From an uncultured Candidatus Rokubacteria bacterium (GTDB lineage: Bacteria > Methylomirabilota > Methylomirabilia > Rokubacteriales > DASRDR01), in contig CAWDVE010000014.1 in the NCBI GenBank assembly GCA_963805625.1, positions 128,001-192,000 of the forward strand: DNA of 64,000 bases. The letters run 5' to 3'. The notes beneath the pieces were generated by a model that worked only from the letters and a program-made list of their open reading frames with translations, ran no database searches and was not told the origin of the DNA. Position 1 is the stretch's first letter; the number at the start of each line of letters is the position of its first letter. This document shows, piece by piece, positions 53,492 through 64,000 of the stretch. The translations under genes were made by a program, and so were the position numbers.

Positions 53492-56400
53492 TCAGACGCT
53501 CGGCCCTTCATCGCCCGCCTCGCTCCCGCCGGCGACGGGCGAAGCCGCGGGCAGCATTCGCCGGGTGCTGCCCGGGTCGACACCGGCCGCGCGATGCGCT
53601 CCCGATCGGAAGAAGGTCGTGCGGTCCAGCACCCGCGTCTGGAACCCCTCGAGGTAGAGGTAGATCACCGGCGTCACGTAGAGCGTGATCAGCTGAGAGA
53701 CCAGCAGGCCGCCCACGATCACCAGGCCAAGCGCCCGCCGCGACGCGCCGTCCGCGCCGACGCCCACCGCGATCGGGACCGCCCCGGCCACCGCCGCCAG
53801 CGTCGTCATGACGATCGGCCGGAACCGGTCGATGCTCGCGTCGTGGATGGCACTGGTCGGCTGCCTCCCCAGCCTCGACGCGGTGCCGCGCGAAGTCCAC
53901 GATCATGATGCCGTTCTTCTTCACGATGCCCATGAGCATGAACATGCCGACGAACGCGTACAGGGTCGCCGGCTCGCCGAAGGCGTAGAGCGTGGCGAGC
54001 CCGCCCACCAGCGCGGTGGGCAGGGTCGACAGGACGGTCAGGGGGTGGACGTAGCTCTCGTACAGGATCGCCAGGATCACGTACATCACGAACACGGCGA
54101 GCGCCATCAGGAACGTCAGGTCCCGGACGGTGTTCCGGAAGGTGAGGGCCTCGCCCTGGAGCTCTGCGCGGAGCGTGGGCGGCACGATGGCGGCGGCCGT
54201 CTTCGTGATGTGGTCGGTGGCATCCCCGATCGCCACACCGGGCTTGAGGTTGAAGAAGAACGTCACGCTCGTGAACTGGTTGATGTGGTTCACGGCCTGC
54301 GGCCCGAGGGATGTCTTCCAGGTGACGAGCGCCTTCAGCGGCACGAGATTCTTCCCGTCGTCGGACCGGATGTAGAGCCGTGACAGGTCCTCCGGGTGGG
54401 CGCGTGCCGAGTCCTCGATCTCGAGGATGACCTGGTACTGGTCCTGCGGCTTCTTGATCAGGTAGACGTAGTTCTGGGAGTAGGCGTGCGCAGCAGCGAC
54501 AGGATGCGAGTCTCGGAGACCCCGTACATCCTGGCCTGCTCGCGCCGGAGCTCGATGTCGAGGTTCGGCGTGTTGTTGAAGAGGTCGGAGGACACCGTCG
54601 CGAACCCCGGGTACTCGAAGAGCTTCGCCATGAGCTTGCCCGCCGCCTCGTACACCTGCTCGGGGTTGACCCCGGAGACGGAGAACGCGTACTGCCCCTG
54701 GTTCTGGTTCGTCGCCCCGGTGCTGATCTCGAGCACGGGATACGGCCGCAGAAACGCGAACATGCCGGGGACCGCGCTCATCTTCCCCATGAGCTGGCCG
54801 GCGACGGCGGCGATGGGCGCGCGCTCCTCGGGGGGCCGCAGGAAGGTAAACGTGATGCCCTGGTTCGAGGACAGGAACGCGCCGTTTCCGGTCATGGTGA
54901 ACGCAGTGACAACATTGTCGTCCGAGTGGAGCACCTGGTCGGCGCGGTCCTGGAAGCGCTGCATCTGGTCTGGCGACGAGCCCTCGCGGGCGATGAAGAC
55001 GCCGAAGATCACGCTGCTGTCGCCGACGGGCAGGAACGCCTTGGGCACGATCGTGAACAACCCGATCGTGCCCACGAGGCAGACCACCCAGATGACGGCG
55101 GCAACGGCGCGCCGCCGCAGGAACCAGCTGAGCGACCGGCCGTAGAACGACAGGACCCTCCGCTCAACGCCGCCCATCACCCGCTCCATCCACGTCTGGC
55201 GCGCGCCGTGCCCTCGCTCCGACAGGAGCCGGGCGCACATGAGCGGCGTGAGCGTCAGCGAGACCAGACCCGAGGCCAGGATGGCCACCACGATGGTGAC
55301 GGCGAACTCGCGGAAGATGCGGCCGACCAGCCCCGGCATGAACACCAGCGGCAGGAAGACCGCCGCCAGCGAGATGGTCATCGAGAGGATGGTGAAGCTG
55401 ATCTCCCGGGCGCTGTTGAGCGTGGCCTCGAGCGCCCGCTCGCCGTGCTCCATCCGCCGCACCGTGTTCTCCAGGAACACGATGGCGTCGTCCACGAGGA
55501 ATCCGATCGCCAGCGTCAGGGCCATGAGCGACAGGTTGTCGAGGCTGTAGCCGAGCATCCGCATCGCGACGAACGTGAGCAGCAGCGACAGCGGCAGCGC
55601 GACCGCCGGGATCAGCGTGTCGGTCGCGCGGCCCAGGAAGACGAAGATCACGATGACGACCAGCACGAAGGCGATGATCAGCGTCAGCTGCACGTCGTGC
55701 ACCGAGTTCACGATCGTCTGCGAGCGGTCGTAGATCGGCGTGATCCGCACCGCGCCCGGAAGCTCGGCCATGATCACCGGAACGAGATCGCGGATGCTCT
55801 GGGCCACCTTCACCGCGTTGGCGCCCGCCTGGCGATAGACGGCGACGACAACGGTGGCGGAGGGAATCGCGTAGCCGCGGGCCCAGAACCGCATGGTGAC
55901 ACGCTCGTCCTGGACGGACTCCCGAACGTCGGCGACGTCGCGCAGGTACACCGGCGCACCGTCGCTCGAGCTCACGATCAGGCTCTTGTACGCGTCGACG
56001 CTGTCGAGCTGCCCGTGGGGCCGGAGCAGCGCGGTGCCCGTCGGCGAATCGAGCTGGCCGGCGCCGGAATAGCTGGTGCCCCCGCGGATGGCCGCCGCCA
56101 GATCGTCGATCGAGATGCCGCGCGCCCACATCGCCGCCGGGTCCGCCTTGATGCGGATGGCCGTCTTGGCGCCGAAGACGGCCACGCGGCTCACGCCCGG
56201 CAGGATGCTGATGCGCTGACCGACCTGGGTGTTCGCGTAGTCGTAGAGCTGCCCGGCCGTGATCGAGTCGCTCGTCAGCGCGATGTACATGATCGGCTGG
56301 TCGTTCGGGTTCGTCTTGGAGAAGGTCGGCGGCGACGGCAGGTCGATCGGGAGGCTGCCGGTGGCCTGGGTGATGGCCGTCTGCACGTCGGTGGCCGCGG

Positions 56401-56707
56401 CGTCGATGCTCTTGTCGAGGGCGAACTGGAGCGTCAGGCTGACGTGCCCCTGGGTGCTCTTCGACGTGACGAGCTCGAGCCCGGTGATCTGCATGAACTG
56501 GCGCTCGAGCGGCGTCGCGATGTTGTTGGCCATCGTGTCCGGGCTCGCCCCCGGATAGTCGGCCTGCACCTGGATCACCGGATAGTCGACCGCGGGCAGG
56601 TCGTTGACCGGGAGCTGGCGGTAGCTCAGGATGCCGAACAGCACCACCGAGGCGGTGAGAACCGCCGTCATGACCGGGCGGCGGATGAACGGCTCGGACA
56701 GGTTCAT
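53492..56707 (-). pseudogene. RND efflux permease (MdtB/C-like) with two frameshifts (pseudogene or sequencing error)
   Basis: MNLSEPFIRRPV...GFLVDDAIV / AYSQNYVY...GIVKKNGIMIVDFA / RFRPIVMTT, with shifts near 54487 and 53852. Confidence 0.85.
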
Positions 56708-58119
56708 GACTTGGGAGCGGCGGGAGGCGCGGCCGGGCCCGGCGGCGCGACGGGCTGCTCGATGCGGACCTTCCCGCCGGGCGTGACACCCATCTGGCCA
56801 GCGGTGACGACCCGCTCCCCGGGCTTCACGCCGCCTGCCACGATGACGAGATCCCCTTGCCGCTGCCCGAGGGTCACCGGCCGGATGTCGGCGGTCCCGT
56901 CGTCCTTGACGACGTAGACGAACAGACCCTTCGCCGAGGCCTGCGGTGCCGTGGCGGGGATGAGCACGGCCCCCGCGACCCGGCCGAGGATGAGGCGGAC
57001 GTTGACGAAGCGCCCGGGCCACAGGCGCCGCTCGCGATTCGGCACGGTCGCCCGGAGCTTCACCGTCCCGGTCCCTTCCTGCACCGCGTTGTCGAGGAAG
57101 GTCAGCGTGCCGGGGATGACCTTGTCCGCCTGGTCGGGCAGCCGGACCTCCACCTGGAGCTGGCCCCCCTGCATGTGCCGCTGCACCTCGCCGAGGTCGT
57201 TCTCGGTCACCGTGAACTCCGCGTAGATCGGGTCGAGGCGCTGGATGCTGAGCAGCGAGCCCACGTTGGCGGTCACGATGTTGCCGAGGTCGACGAGGCG
57301 CTGGCCCGCGCGCCCGTCGATGGGCGCCCGGATCTCCGTGTACGCGAGCTGCAACCGCGCGCTCTCGACCGCCGCCTCGTTGGCGCGGACGGTCGCTCGC
57401 GCGTTCTCCACGGCGGCCTGGCCCGCTACCACCGCGGCCCGCGCCTGCGCGAGACTGGCCTCGGCCGCAGCGATGGCGGCCTTGCCGTTCTCGACCATCG
57501 CCTGGTCGGCGCGGAGGGTGGCCGCCGCGGTCTCCATCGCGGTCCGGACCTGATCGCTCTGCTCGCGGGCGACGTACCCCTGCCGGACCAGCTCCGAGTA
57601 GCGCTGATCCTGCACCCGAGCGTTCTCGAGCTGCGCCTGGTCGCGCACGACGTTGGCCTCGGCCTGGGCGAGCTGCGCCCGGACCTGGGTGAGCGCCGCC
57701 TGCGCCTGCTGGACCGCCGCTTGATCGCGCGCCAGATTGGCCTCGGCCTGGCGCGCCTGAGCCTGATCGCGCGCCACGTTGGCCTCGGCCTGCTGGACGG
57801 TCGCCTGGACGGGGCGCGGATCGATGGAGAACAGGAGGTCGCCCTGCTTGAGATCGGCACCGTCCGCGAAATGGATCTTGACGATGCGTCCCGAGATCTG
57901 CGGCTGGACGGAGACGACCTCGTTGGCCACGGACTTGCCGATGGCGTCGAGATAGAGAGGCGTGTCGCGCGCGATCGCGGTCGCCACGGCGACCGGTGCG
58001 GGCGGGCGCTCGAAGGCCGGCTGCGCCTGCTGCTGGCAGGCGGCCAGGGCCAGGGCAAGGAGACCGACTCGGGCCAGCAACCGGGCCGAGAGGACAATCG
58101 ACGGCACAAAATTCATCAC
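56704..58119 (-). CDS. RND periplasmic adaptor (MdtA-like membrane fusion protein)
   Basis: Lipobox LAAC, GDLLFSIDPRP, long coiled coil, IRAPIDG and LWPGRFVNV. Confidence 0.92.
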   Translation of the reverse strand: MMNFVPSIVLSARLLARVGLLALALAACQQQAQPAFERPPAPVAVATAIARDTPLYLDAIGKSVANEVVSVQPQISGRIVKIHFADGADLKQGDLLFSIDPRPVQATVQQAEANVARDQAQARQAEANLARDQAAVQQAQAALTQVRAQLAQAEANVVRDQAQLENARVQDQRYSELVRQGYVAREQSDQVRTAMETAAATLRADQAMVENGKAAIAAAEASLAQARAAVVAGQAAVENARATVRANEAAVESARLQLAYTEIRAPIDGRAGQRLVDLGNIVTANVGSLLSIQRLDPIYAEFTVTENDLGEVQRHMQGGQLQVEVRLPDQADKVIPGTLTFLDNAVQEGTGTVKLRATVPNRERRLWPGRFVNVRLILGRVAGAVLIPATAPQASAKGLFVYVVKDDGTADIRPVTLGQRQGDLVIVAGGVKPGERVVTAGQMGVTPGGKVRIEQPVAPPGPAAPPAAPKS

Positions 58120-58144
58120 GGTTCCTGTGGTCGCTCCGGCCGCA

Positions 58145-58828
58145 TCACGACGTGAGATGCGACAGAGCCTCGGGGTGGTAGTGGCGCCGGATCGCCGCCT
58201 CCTCCAAGCCCATCCCGCGGAGGAGGAACCATACAGCTTGGATGACCAGCGTCGACCGAGAGATTCCGTAGTCGACGGCCGGAATCTTGGGATGGAGGTG
58301 GAGCATCAGCGCGAACGCCAGATGGTGGACGAACCAGGCGCGCAGGTCGCGCCGGACGGGTATCGCCTTCAGGTCGCCGGCCTTGACGGCCGCCGTGATG
58401 CACGCCTCCACCTTCCGGATCCAGCTGGCTCCGAACTGCTTGGCGCCGAGCCGCACGAACTCGGCGTCCTCCAGCAGGCTGCGGAGGGCGAGGCGGTGCA
58501 TGGTCGTCTTGTGCAGATCCTCGCGGAGAACGAAGTGCGATGTCAGGAAGTGCACCAGCACGACCAGCGTCGACGTCGAGGGCGGGAGCGCGAGGACGCG
58601 GGTGAACTCAGCGGCCATGGGCCCGTCGGCACATGCCTCGAGCATGGCGACGTAGAGCGACTCCTTGCTGGGGAAGTGTTTGTAGAGGAGCGCCTCGGAG
58701 ACCCCCGCCGCGCGGGCTAGCTCCCGCGTGGTGGTGCCGTCGAAGCCCTTGTCGGCGAACGCCCCCTGGACGGCGGTGACGATCGCCTGGCGCCGTTCCC
58801 GGGATGGGAGCCGGATCCGCTTCCTCAT
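58145..58828 (-). CDS. TetR-family regulator
   Basis: FADKGFDGTTTRELARAAGVSEALLYKHFPSKESL. Confidence 0.92.
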   Translation of the reverse strand: MRKRIRLPSRERRQAIVTAVQGAFADKGFDGTTTRELARAAGVSEALLYKHFPSKESLYVAMLEACADGPMAAEFTRVLALPPSTSTLVVLVHFLTSHFVLREDLHKTTMHRLALRSLLEDAEFVRLGAKQFGASWIRKVEACITAAVKAGDLKAIPVRRDLRAWFVHHLAFALMLHLHPKIPAVDYGISRSTLVIQAVWFLLRGMGLEEAAIRRHYHPEALSHLTS

Positions 58829-58837
58829 GCATTCAAG

Positions 58838-58853
58838 GTGAGCATGCACTCAC
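58838..58853. promoter_or_regulatory. Candidate TetR operator GTGAG-CATGCA-CTCAC
   Basis: Palindrome about 10 bp upstream of the TetR start. Confidence 0.55.
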
Positions 58854-59183
58854 TCTCTTGTCCAGCCGGAAGCGTCGCGCCGCCTCCCTCGTCGCGACTC
58901 TCCCCGCGGTAAGGCGTGAATATCATTGACGGGAGAAGCCGGATCGCCCGTCGACTGGTCCGGATGGCCCCGGACCCCGGGCGAGAGGTCATCCGGCCGC
59001 GGCGCCCGCGGCGAGCCGGCGGATCGCAATGATCCGCGAAGCCGTCCTCTCGCTCCCCGTGCCTCTGGCGCGGCCCCGCGCGCTGGGGTATGGTCGACCG
59101 GTGGTCGGCCGGCGCGCCGCGAAGTACGTGCCCGCTGAGCCGCGAGAGAAGGCCCGAACGCACACCACTGTGGAGGGAACGGC

Positions 59184-60176
59184 ATGAAGAAGCCGCTGCT
59201 CATCCTCACCAGCGTCGCGGTGCTCGCGCTCGCCGTCAGCAGCCCGGCCATGGCGCAGAAGAAGACCCTCGCGGTCGTCGTCAAGGGCCTGGACAATCCG
59301 TTCTTCACGGTGCTCGGCAATGGCTGCGAGCTGTGGAACAAGGAGAATCCGAACTCCGAGTACAAGTGTCTGTACACCGGTCCGGCGTCGAGCGCGGACG
59401 AGGCCGGTGAAGTCCGGATCGTCGAGGACTTGATCAATTCCGGCGTCGCGGGGATCGCCATCTCGCCGTCGAATGCCCCTGCGATGGCCAACATGCTGAA
59501 GGCGAAGAAGCCCACGATGCCGATCATGACGATCGACGCGGACCTCGGCGAGGCCGATCGGGCGCTCCGGAAGACCTACCTCGGAACCAACAACTACGAC
59601 ATGGGCGTCTTGATGGCGAAGCACCTCAAGGGGTTGAAGCCCAAGGGCGGCACCGTGTGTCTCCAGCTCGGCAACGTCGCGGCCGACAACATCAACGCCC
59701 GGGCCCAGGGGTTCCGCGACACCGTCTCAGGGAAGAAGGGTATCGCCCGGCTCAAGGGCGAGGGCGGCTGGACGGAGATCAGTGGCTGTCCGCTCTTCAC
59801 CAACGATCAGATCGACCTCGCCAACCAGCAGATGTCGGACACCTTCATCGCCAACCCCAATCTCGACGCCTTCATCCTCGTCGGCGGCTGGGCGCAGTTC
59901 GGCCCGCAAGCCTACGCGCAGGTCACCGACCAGGTGATGGCCAAGCTGAAGGAGAAGAAGCTCGTCATCGTGGCCGGCGACACCCTGCCACCACAGATGA
60001 ACGCCCTCAAGGCCGGCCGGAGCCACGCGCAGATCGGCCAGCGCCCGTTCGAGATGGGCCATCGCGCCCCCGCGGTGCTCATCGACCTTATCAACAAGAA
60101 GCCGGTCAAGGATCCGCTCTACACCGGCCTCGACGAGTGCACCCCGCAGAACATCGGGAAGTGCCCGGCGCAGTAG
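59184..60176 (+). CDS. Sugar ABC transporter substrate-binding protein
   Basis: Signal peptide, NPFF, GIAISP, YLGTNNY and IGQRPFEMG. Confidence 0.92.
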   Translation: MKKPLLILTSVAVLALAVSSPAMAQKKTLAVVVKGLDNPFFTVLGNGCELWNKENPNSEYKCLYTGPASSADEAGEVRIVEDLINSGVAGIAISPSNAPAMANMLKAKKPTMPIMTIDADLGEADRALRKTYLGTNNYDMGVLMAKHLKGLKPKGGTVCLQLGNVAADNINARAQGFRDTVSGKKGIARLKGEGGWTEISGCPLFTNDQIDLANQQMSDTFIANPNLDAFILVGGWAQFGPQAYAQVTDQVMAKLKEKKLVIVAGDTLPPQMNALKAGRSHAQIGQRPFEMGHRAPAVLIDLINKKPVKDPLYTGLDECTPQNIGKCPAQ

Positions 60177-60199
60177 CCCGAGATCGCATGCCGGGCTCC

Positions 60200-60226
60200 G
60201 GGGCGCCTGCGGGCGCCCTTTTTTTT
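60200..60226 (+). terminator. Rho-independent terminator/attenuating hairpin after the binding-protein gene
   Basis: gggcgcc-tgcg-ggcgccc followed by T8. Confidence 0.8.
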
Positions 60227-60295
60227 CCGGCGGCGCAGCCACCCCATGGTCACCCGGTCTCCCGGGGCGAAGGGCGATAGGGGGGTCCTCGACCC

Positions 60296-61036
60296 ATGGC
60301 ACTGCTCGAGCTCTCCGGGATCTCCAAGCACTTCGGCGCCATCCAGGCGCTGATCAACGTGTCCCTCTCCCTGCGACCCGGCGAGGTCGTCGGCCTGATG
60401 GGCGACAACGGCGCGGGCAAGTCCACGCTCGTCAAGATCGTCGCCGGGAACTATCCTCCCAGCGGCGGGACGATCGAGATGCTCGGCCGCAAGGTCGCCT
60501 TTCACAGGCCGGCCGATGCCCGGGCCGAAGGCATCGAGGTCGTCTACCAGGATCTGGCGCTCTGCGACAATCTCACCGCCGCGGCGAATGTCTATCTGGG
60601 CCGCGAGCTCCTGCGCGGCTTCGGTCCGTTCCGTGTCCTGAACTACCGGGCCATGTACCAGCGGGCGGGAGAGCTGTTCGCCGAGCTGAAGTCGGAGACG
60701 AGACCGCGCGACCTGGTCCGCCGGATGTCCGGCGGCCAGCGTCAGGCCGTCGCGATTGCGCGAACGCGGCTGTCGGAGCCCAAGATCGTCCTGATGGACG
60801 AGCCCACGGCCGCCATAAGCGTGCGGCAGGTGGCCGAGGTGCTCAACCTGATCCGGCGGCTGCGCGACCACGACATCGCTGTCGTGCTCATCAGTCATCG
60901 CATGCCGGACGTCTTTGCCGTATCCGACCGGATCGTCGTGCTCCGGCGAGGCGAGAAGGTGGCGGACAAGGCCATCGCGGACAGCTCGCCGGAAGAGGTC
61001 ACGGGCCTCATCACCGGCGCGATCGAGTCCGCCTGA
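60296..61036 (+). CDS. Sugar ABC transporter ATP-binding protein
   Basis: GDNGAGKST, MSGGQRQ and LMDEPT. Confidence 0.95.
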   Translation: MALLELSGISKHFGAIQALINVSLSLRPGEVVGLMGDNGAGKSTLVKIVAGNYPPSGGTIEMLGRKVAFHRPADARAEGIEVVYQDLALCDNLTAAANVYLGRELLRGFGPFRVLNYRAMYQRAGELFAELKSETRPRDLVRRMSGGQRQAVAIARTRLSEPKIVLMDEPTAAISVRQVAEVLNLIRRLRDHDIAVVLISHRMPDVFAVSDRIVVLRRGEKVADKAIADSSPEEVTGLITGAIESA

Positions 61037-61079
61037 TGGACGCCGCGGCCGTCGACGCCCGGGGGCGCCACACGAGACG

Positions 61080-62099
61080 ATGACTCTCGAGGATTCGACC
61101 GGCAAGCAGGCTCGCGGCAATCTACTGAGCTGGCTCGTCAGCCGCCAGACGTTCTGGGTATCCTTCGCCGCCGTGCTGGCCTTCGTCCTCCTGTCCCTGG
61201 CAAGCGACGTCTTCGCGACGCAGCAGAACCTCTTCAACGTCACCCGCAACTTCGCCTTCGTCGGAATCATCGCGCTCGGCATGACCGCGGTCATCATCAC
61301 CGGTGGCATCGACCTGTCGGTCGGAGCCGTGCTGGCGCTCTCCGGCATGGTCATCGGGATGTCGATGAACGTCGGCGCTCCCTTCTGGGTTGCGGTTCCG
61401 CTCGCGCTCGGCGCCGCACTCCTCGTCGGCAGCTTCAACGGCGTGATGATCGCGCATGTCGGCATGCCCCCTTTCGTCGTGACCCTGGGTATGCTGTCCA
61501 TCGCGCGGAGCCTCGCGATGGTTCTGTCCAACAACCGGATGGTCTACGAGTTCGGCCCCGACCAGGCTCAGCTGCTGGCGCTCGGCGGCGGGTTCATCAG
61601 CGTGGCCGTGCCGTTCCGCGACGCCATCCGGGTGCCGAACCCGGTCGTGTTCCTGATCGTGATGGCGCTGGCCACCGGCTGGGCCTTCCGGTGGACCAAG
61701 TGGGGCCGGCACGTCTTCGCCGTCGGCGGCAACGAGGCGGCGGCGAACCTCACCGGCGTGCCGGTTCGCCGCGTGAAGGTGAGCGTCTACATGCTCTGCA
61801 GCGCGTGTGCCGGAATCGCCGGCATCCTCGAGGTGGGATGGCTCGGCACGATCAGCACGAGCCTCGGACAGGGCATGGAGCTCGCCGTCATCGCCGCGGC
61901 CGTGATCGGCGGGGCGAATCTGATGGGCGGCGGGGGTACCGCGCTCGGCGCGGTCGTCGGGGCCGCGCTCATCGAGATCATACGGAACAGCCTCATCCTG
62001 CTCGGCATCAGCACCTTCTGGCAGGGCACCTTCGTCGGCAGCTTCATCATCGTCGCGGTGCTGTTCGATCGGTTGCGGACCGGGCGCTCCGACGACTGA
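61080..62099 (+). CDS. Sugar ABC transporter permease (RbsC-like)
   Basis: IITGGIDLSVG, PPFVVTLG, AVGGNEAAA and IAAAVIGG. Confidence 0.93.
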   Translation: MTLEDSTGKQARGNLLSWLVSRQTFWVSFAAVLAFVLLSLASDVFATQQNLFNVTRNFAFVGIIALGMTAVIITGGIDLSVGAVLALSGMVIGMSMNVGAPFWVAVPLALGAALLVGSFNGVMIAHVGMPPFVVTLGMLSIARSLAMVLSNNRMVYEFGPDQAQLLALGGGFISVAVPFRDAIRVPNPVVFLIVMALATGWAFRWTKWGRHVFAVGGNEAAANLTGVPVRRVKVSVYMLCSACAGIAGILEVGWLGTISTSLGQGMELAVIAAAVIGGANLMGGGGTALGAVVGAALIEIIRNSLILLGISTFWQGTFVGSFIIVAVLFDRLRTGRSDD

Positions 62100-62267
62100 C
62101 GTCTGGCGGCCCGCTCCGATCGAGCCGGAGGGCGAGGGTGCCTGCGACACGGGCTCGGCCGGCCGGCGACCGGAGGCCCGGCATCCAAGTCTCGTCCGCG
62201 GCTGGTCTCGGGGTCGCCGGCGAGTCTGGGCGGCTGGCGGAGAGCCGATCCGACTCGCGAGACGGGA

Positions 62268-62600
62268 CTAGCGGGCGGGGCGATAGGCCTTGGCGACGGC
62301 GTCCGCTTTCTTCATCGCCCCCACCCCTTCAGTCCCCGACATCAGGACGGTGGTCTTGCTGGCCTTGATGGCGCCTCCAGCGGCGACCCCCAGCGCGATC
62401 GCGGCCATGCTCTCGTTGCCTGGCACATCCGCGATGATGACGAGGTCGTACTCGCCGAAGCACAACCACCCTCCGACCAGCTTGCCCCCCACGGCCTCGC
62501 ACACCTGGCGCCCCACGGTCTCGACCCGGTTCTGCGGGTTCTTCAGCTGAGCGCTCCAGGACTCGGGAGTGTAGGCGGCCTGGTACATGTAGAGCGGCAT
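62268..62600 (-). CDS. GYD-domain protein
   Basis: MPLYMYQAAYT...GGKL...FGEYD. Confidence 0.85.
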   Translation of the reverse strand: MPLYMYQAAYTPESWSAQLKNPQNRVETVGRQVCEAVGGKLVGGWLCFGEYDLVIIADVPGNESMAAIALGVAAGGAIKASKTTVLMSGTEGVGAMKKADAVAKAYRPAR

Positions 62601-62765
62601 GATGGACCTCCGTGGTTCGTAGTTCTCGGCCAGGACCGGTCTCCGCCAGGGCGACATGATACCGCCGCAGCCACGGCCCGCCAATCGCGGCCGCTCGGAG
62701 GGGCCCTCGACGGAGCAGGTACAATGATCTCGGAGCGCCGAGCCTGCACGCGGGAGGTCTTGCCC

Positions 62766-63632
62766 ATGGCCGAATCAAGGAGAGTGACCAAGGTCGTCAC
62801 GCCGCCAGAACCGGTCGTCGAGGGCGCCGGGGTGCACCTCGGGCGGAGCATCGGCACCCGGCGGCTCGATCACCTCGATCCGTTCCTCCTGCTCGATCAC
62901 TTCGAGTCGGCCGAGCCGGCGGACTATCGGGCCGGCTTCCCGTACCACCCGCACCGCGGCATCGAAACGGTGACGATCGTGAGGAAGGGAGAGGTGCGGC
63001 ACCGCGATTCCCTCGGCCACCAGGGAAGCATCGGCGCGGGGGACATCCAGTGGATGACGTCGGGGAGCGGCATCCTCCACGAGGAGATGCCGCAGGTGCG
63101 TCCCGAGGGCATCGCCGGGCTCCAACTGTGGCTGAACCTGCCCGCGCGCGAGAAGATGACGCGACCCAAGTATCGGGATCTCCAGGGCGGTCAACTCCCT
63201 GAGGTCGAGGCGACCGAAGGCGCGCGGCTTCGGGTGATCGCGGGCGAAGCAGCCGGCAGGCGCGGTCCGGTCGAGGGCCTGGCCGTCGCTCCCAAGTTCG
63301 TGGACGTGACGCTCCCGCCCGGCACCGCCTTCCGCGAATCGGTGGCGCTAGGCCACACCGTCTTCGCGTATCTCGACCACGGCGACGTCCACTTCGGCCC
63401 GGAGCGAAAGCCCATCCGCGGTCCCGCCCTGGTCGTCTTCGGTGACGGCGATCTCGTGGAAGCCTCGGCCGGGACCGACGGGGGCCGCTTCCTGCTCGCG
63501 GCGGCCCGGCCGCTCGGAGAGCCGATCGCCCGCTACGGGCCGTTCGTCATGAACACGCGGGCGGAGATCGAGCAGACGCTGGAGGATCTCCGCACGGGTC
63601 ACTTCATCCGTGAGGAGCCGGGCGACAGTTGA
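62766..63632 (+). CDS. Pirin family protein
   Basis: DPFLLLDH, GFPYHPHRGIETVT, QWMTSGSGILHEE and YGPFVMNT. Confidence 0.95.
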   Translation: MAESRRVTKVVTPPEPVVEGAGVHLGRSIGTRRLDHLDPFLLLDHFESAEPADYRAGFPYHPHRGIETVTIVRKGEVRHRDSLGHQGSIGAGDIQWMTSGSGILHEEMPQVRPEGIAGLQLWLNLPAREKMTRPKYRDLQGGQLPEVEATEGARLRVIAGEAAGRRGPVEGLAVAPKFVDVTLPPGTAFRESVALGHTVFAYLDHGDVHFGPERKPIRGPALVVFGDGDLVEASAGTDGGRFLLAAARPLGEPIARYGPFVMNTRAEIEQTLEDLRTGHFIREEPGDS

Positions 63633-64000
63633 TTCCTGCCCGAGGCGGGGTGATCGGCTTCACGCGATCATTCCCTGGCGCGATCGACGCCAGCCCGGTC
63701 TCGCCATCCTGCGCGAGACATCGGGTGCCGCGTCGGAGCGGATCCAGCCCGCCGCAGCCGGCGAGCGCTCGTGCAGGGTCTCGGGAGCCGGGCCTTCAGG
63801 CGCGCCGCGCGTAGCGAAGATATTCCGGACCGGCATCGGCCCCACCCCTCCTCGCATGGCCATCGACCGGCCGGACGTCCCCTCGCCTGTCCCCCCGGAT
63901 TCCGTGACTCTCTCCCGGCACCTTCCAGCCGGTGCGATGTCGCCGGGCTTCACGCGGCCGAGGGATGCGACCGTGCCGCGACGATGCGCCGCGACGCGAA

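Noticed and set aside
63633-64000. Short ORFs at the right end
   Set aside because: No RBS or motif support. Probably intergenic or part of a feature outside the window.

Overview
High-GC bacterial window. Its protein content suggests Ca. Rokubacteria/Methylomirabilota, but this is an unverified inference. No rRNA, tRNA, CRISPR array, transposase or integrase was recognised. The left ~26 kb is an anaerobic-metabolism island. It holds a heme-copper oxidase whose active-site Tyr is replaced by Gln (eNOR-type NO reductase), with a CuA subunit II, a degenerate second subunit-I paralog and ctaB. It also holds a split 2-oxoacid:ferredoxin oxidoreductase, an AhbD/NirJ-like radical SAM enzyme, PAS-LuxR and Crp/Fnr regulators, and a class I benzoyl-CoA reductase operon with padBCD-like phenylacetyl-CoA oxidoreductase genes inserted into it. 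A TATGAC-N4-GTCATA palindrome recurs across this island. The middle carries a dimethylformamidase-like gene, PPi-PFK/aldolase and a stand-alone fwdDBAC cluster. FwdB has an in-frame UGA exactly at the Mo/W-ligating Cys position followed by a hairpin, so it is a probable selenoprotein that the ORF track splits in two. The right part has zinc-finger microproteins, a GntR regulator with two matching operators, an ECF42 sigma factor with five recognisable TGTCGA-N17/18-CGAC promoters, a frameshifted RND pump, a sugar ABC transporter and pirin. Many gene remnants indicate a mosaic, eroding region. Family assignments come from motif recognition only; no database search was run.
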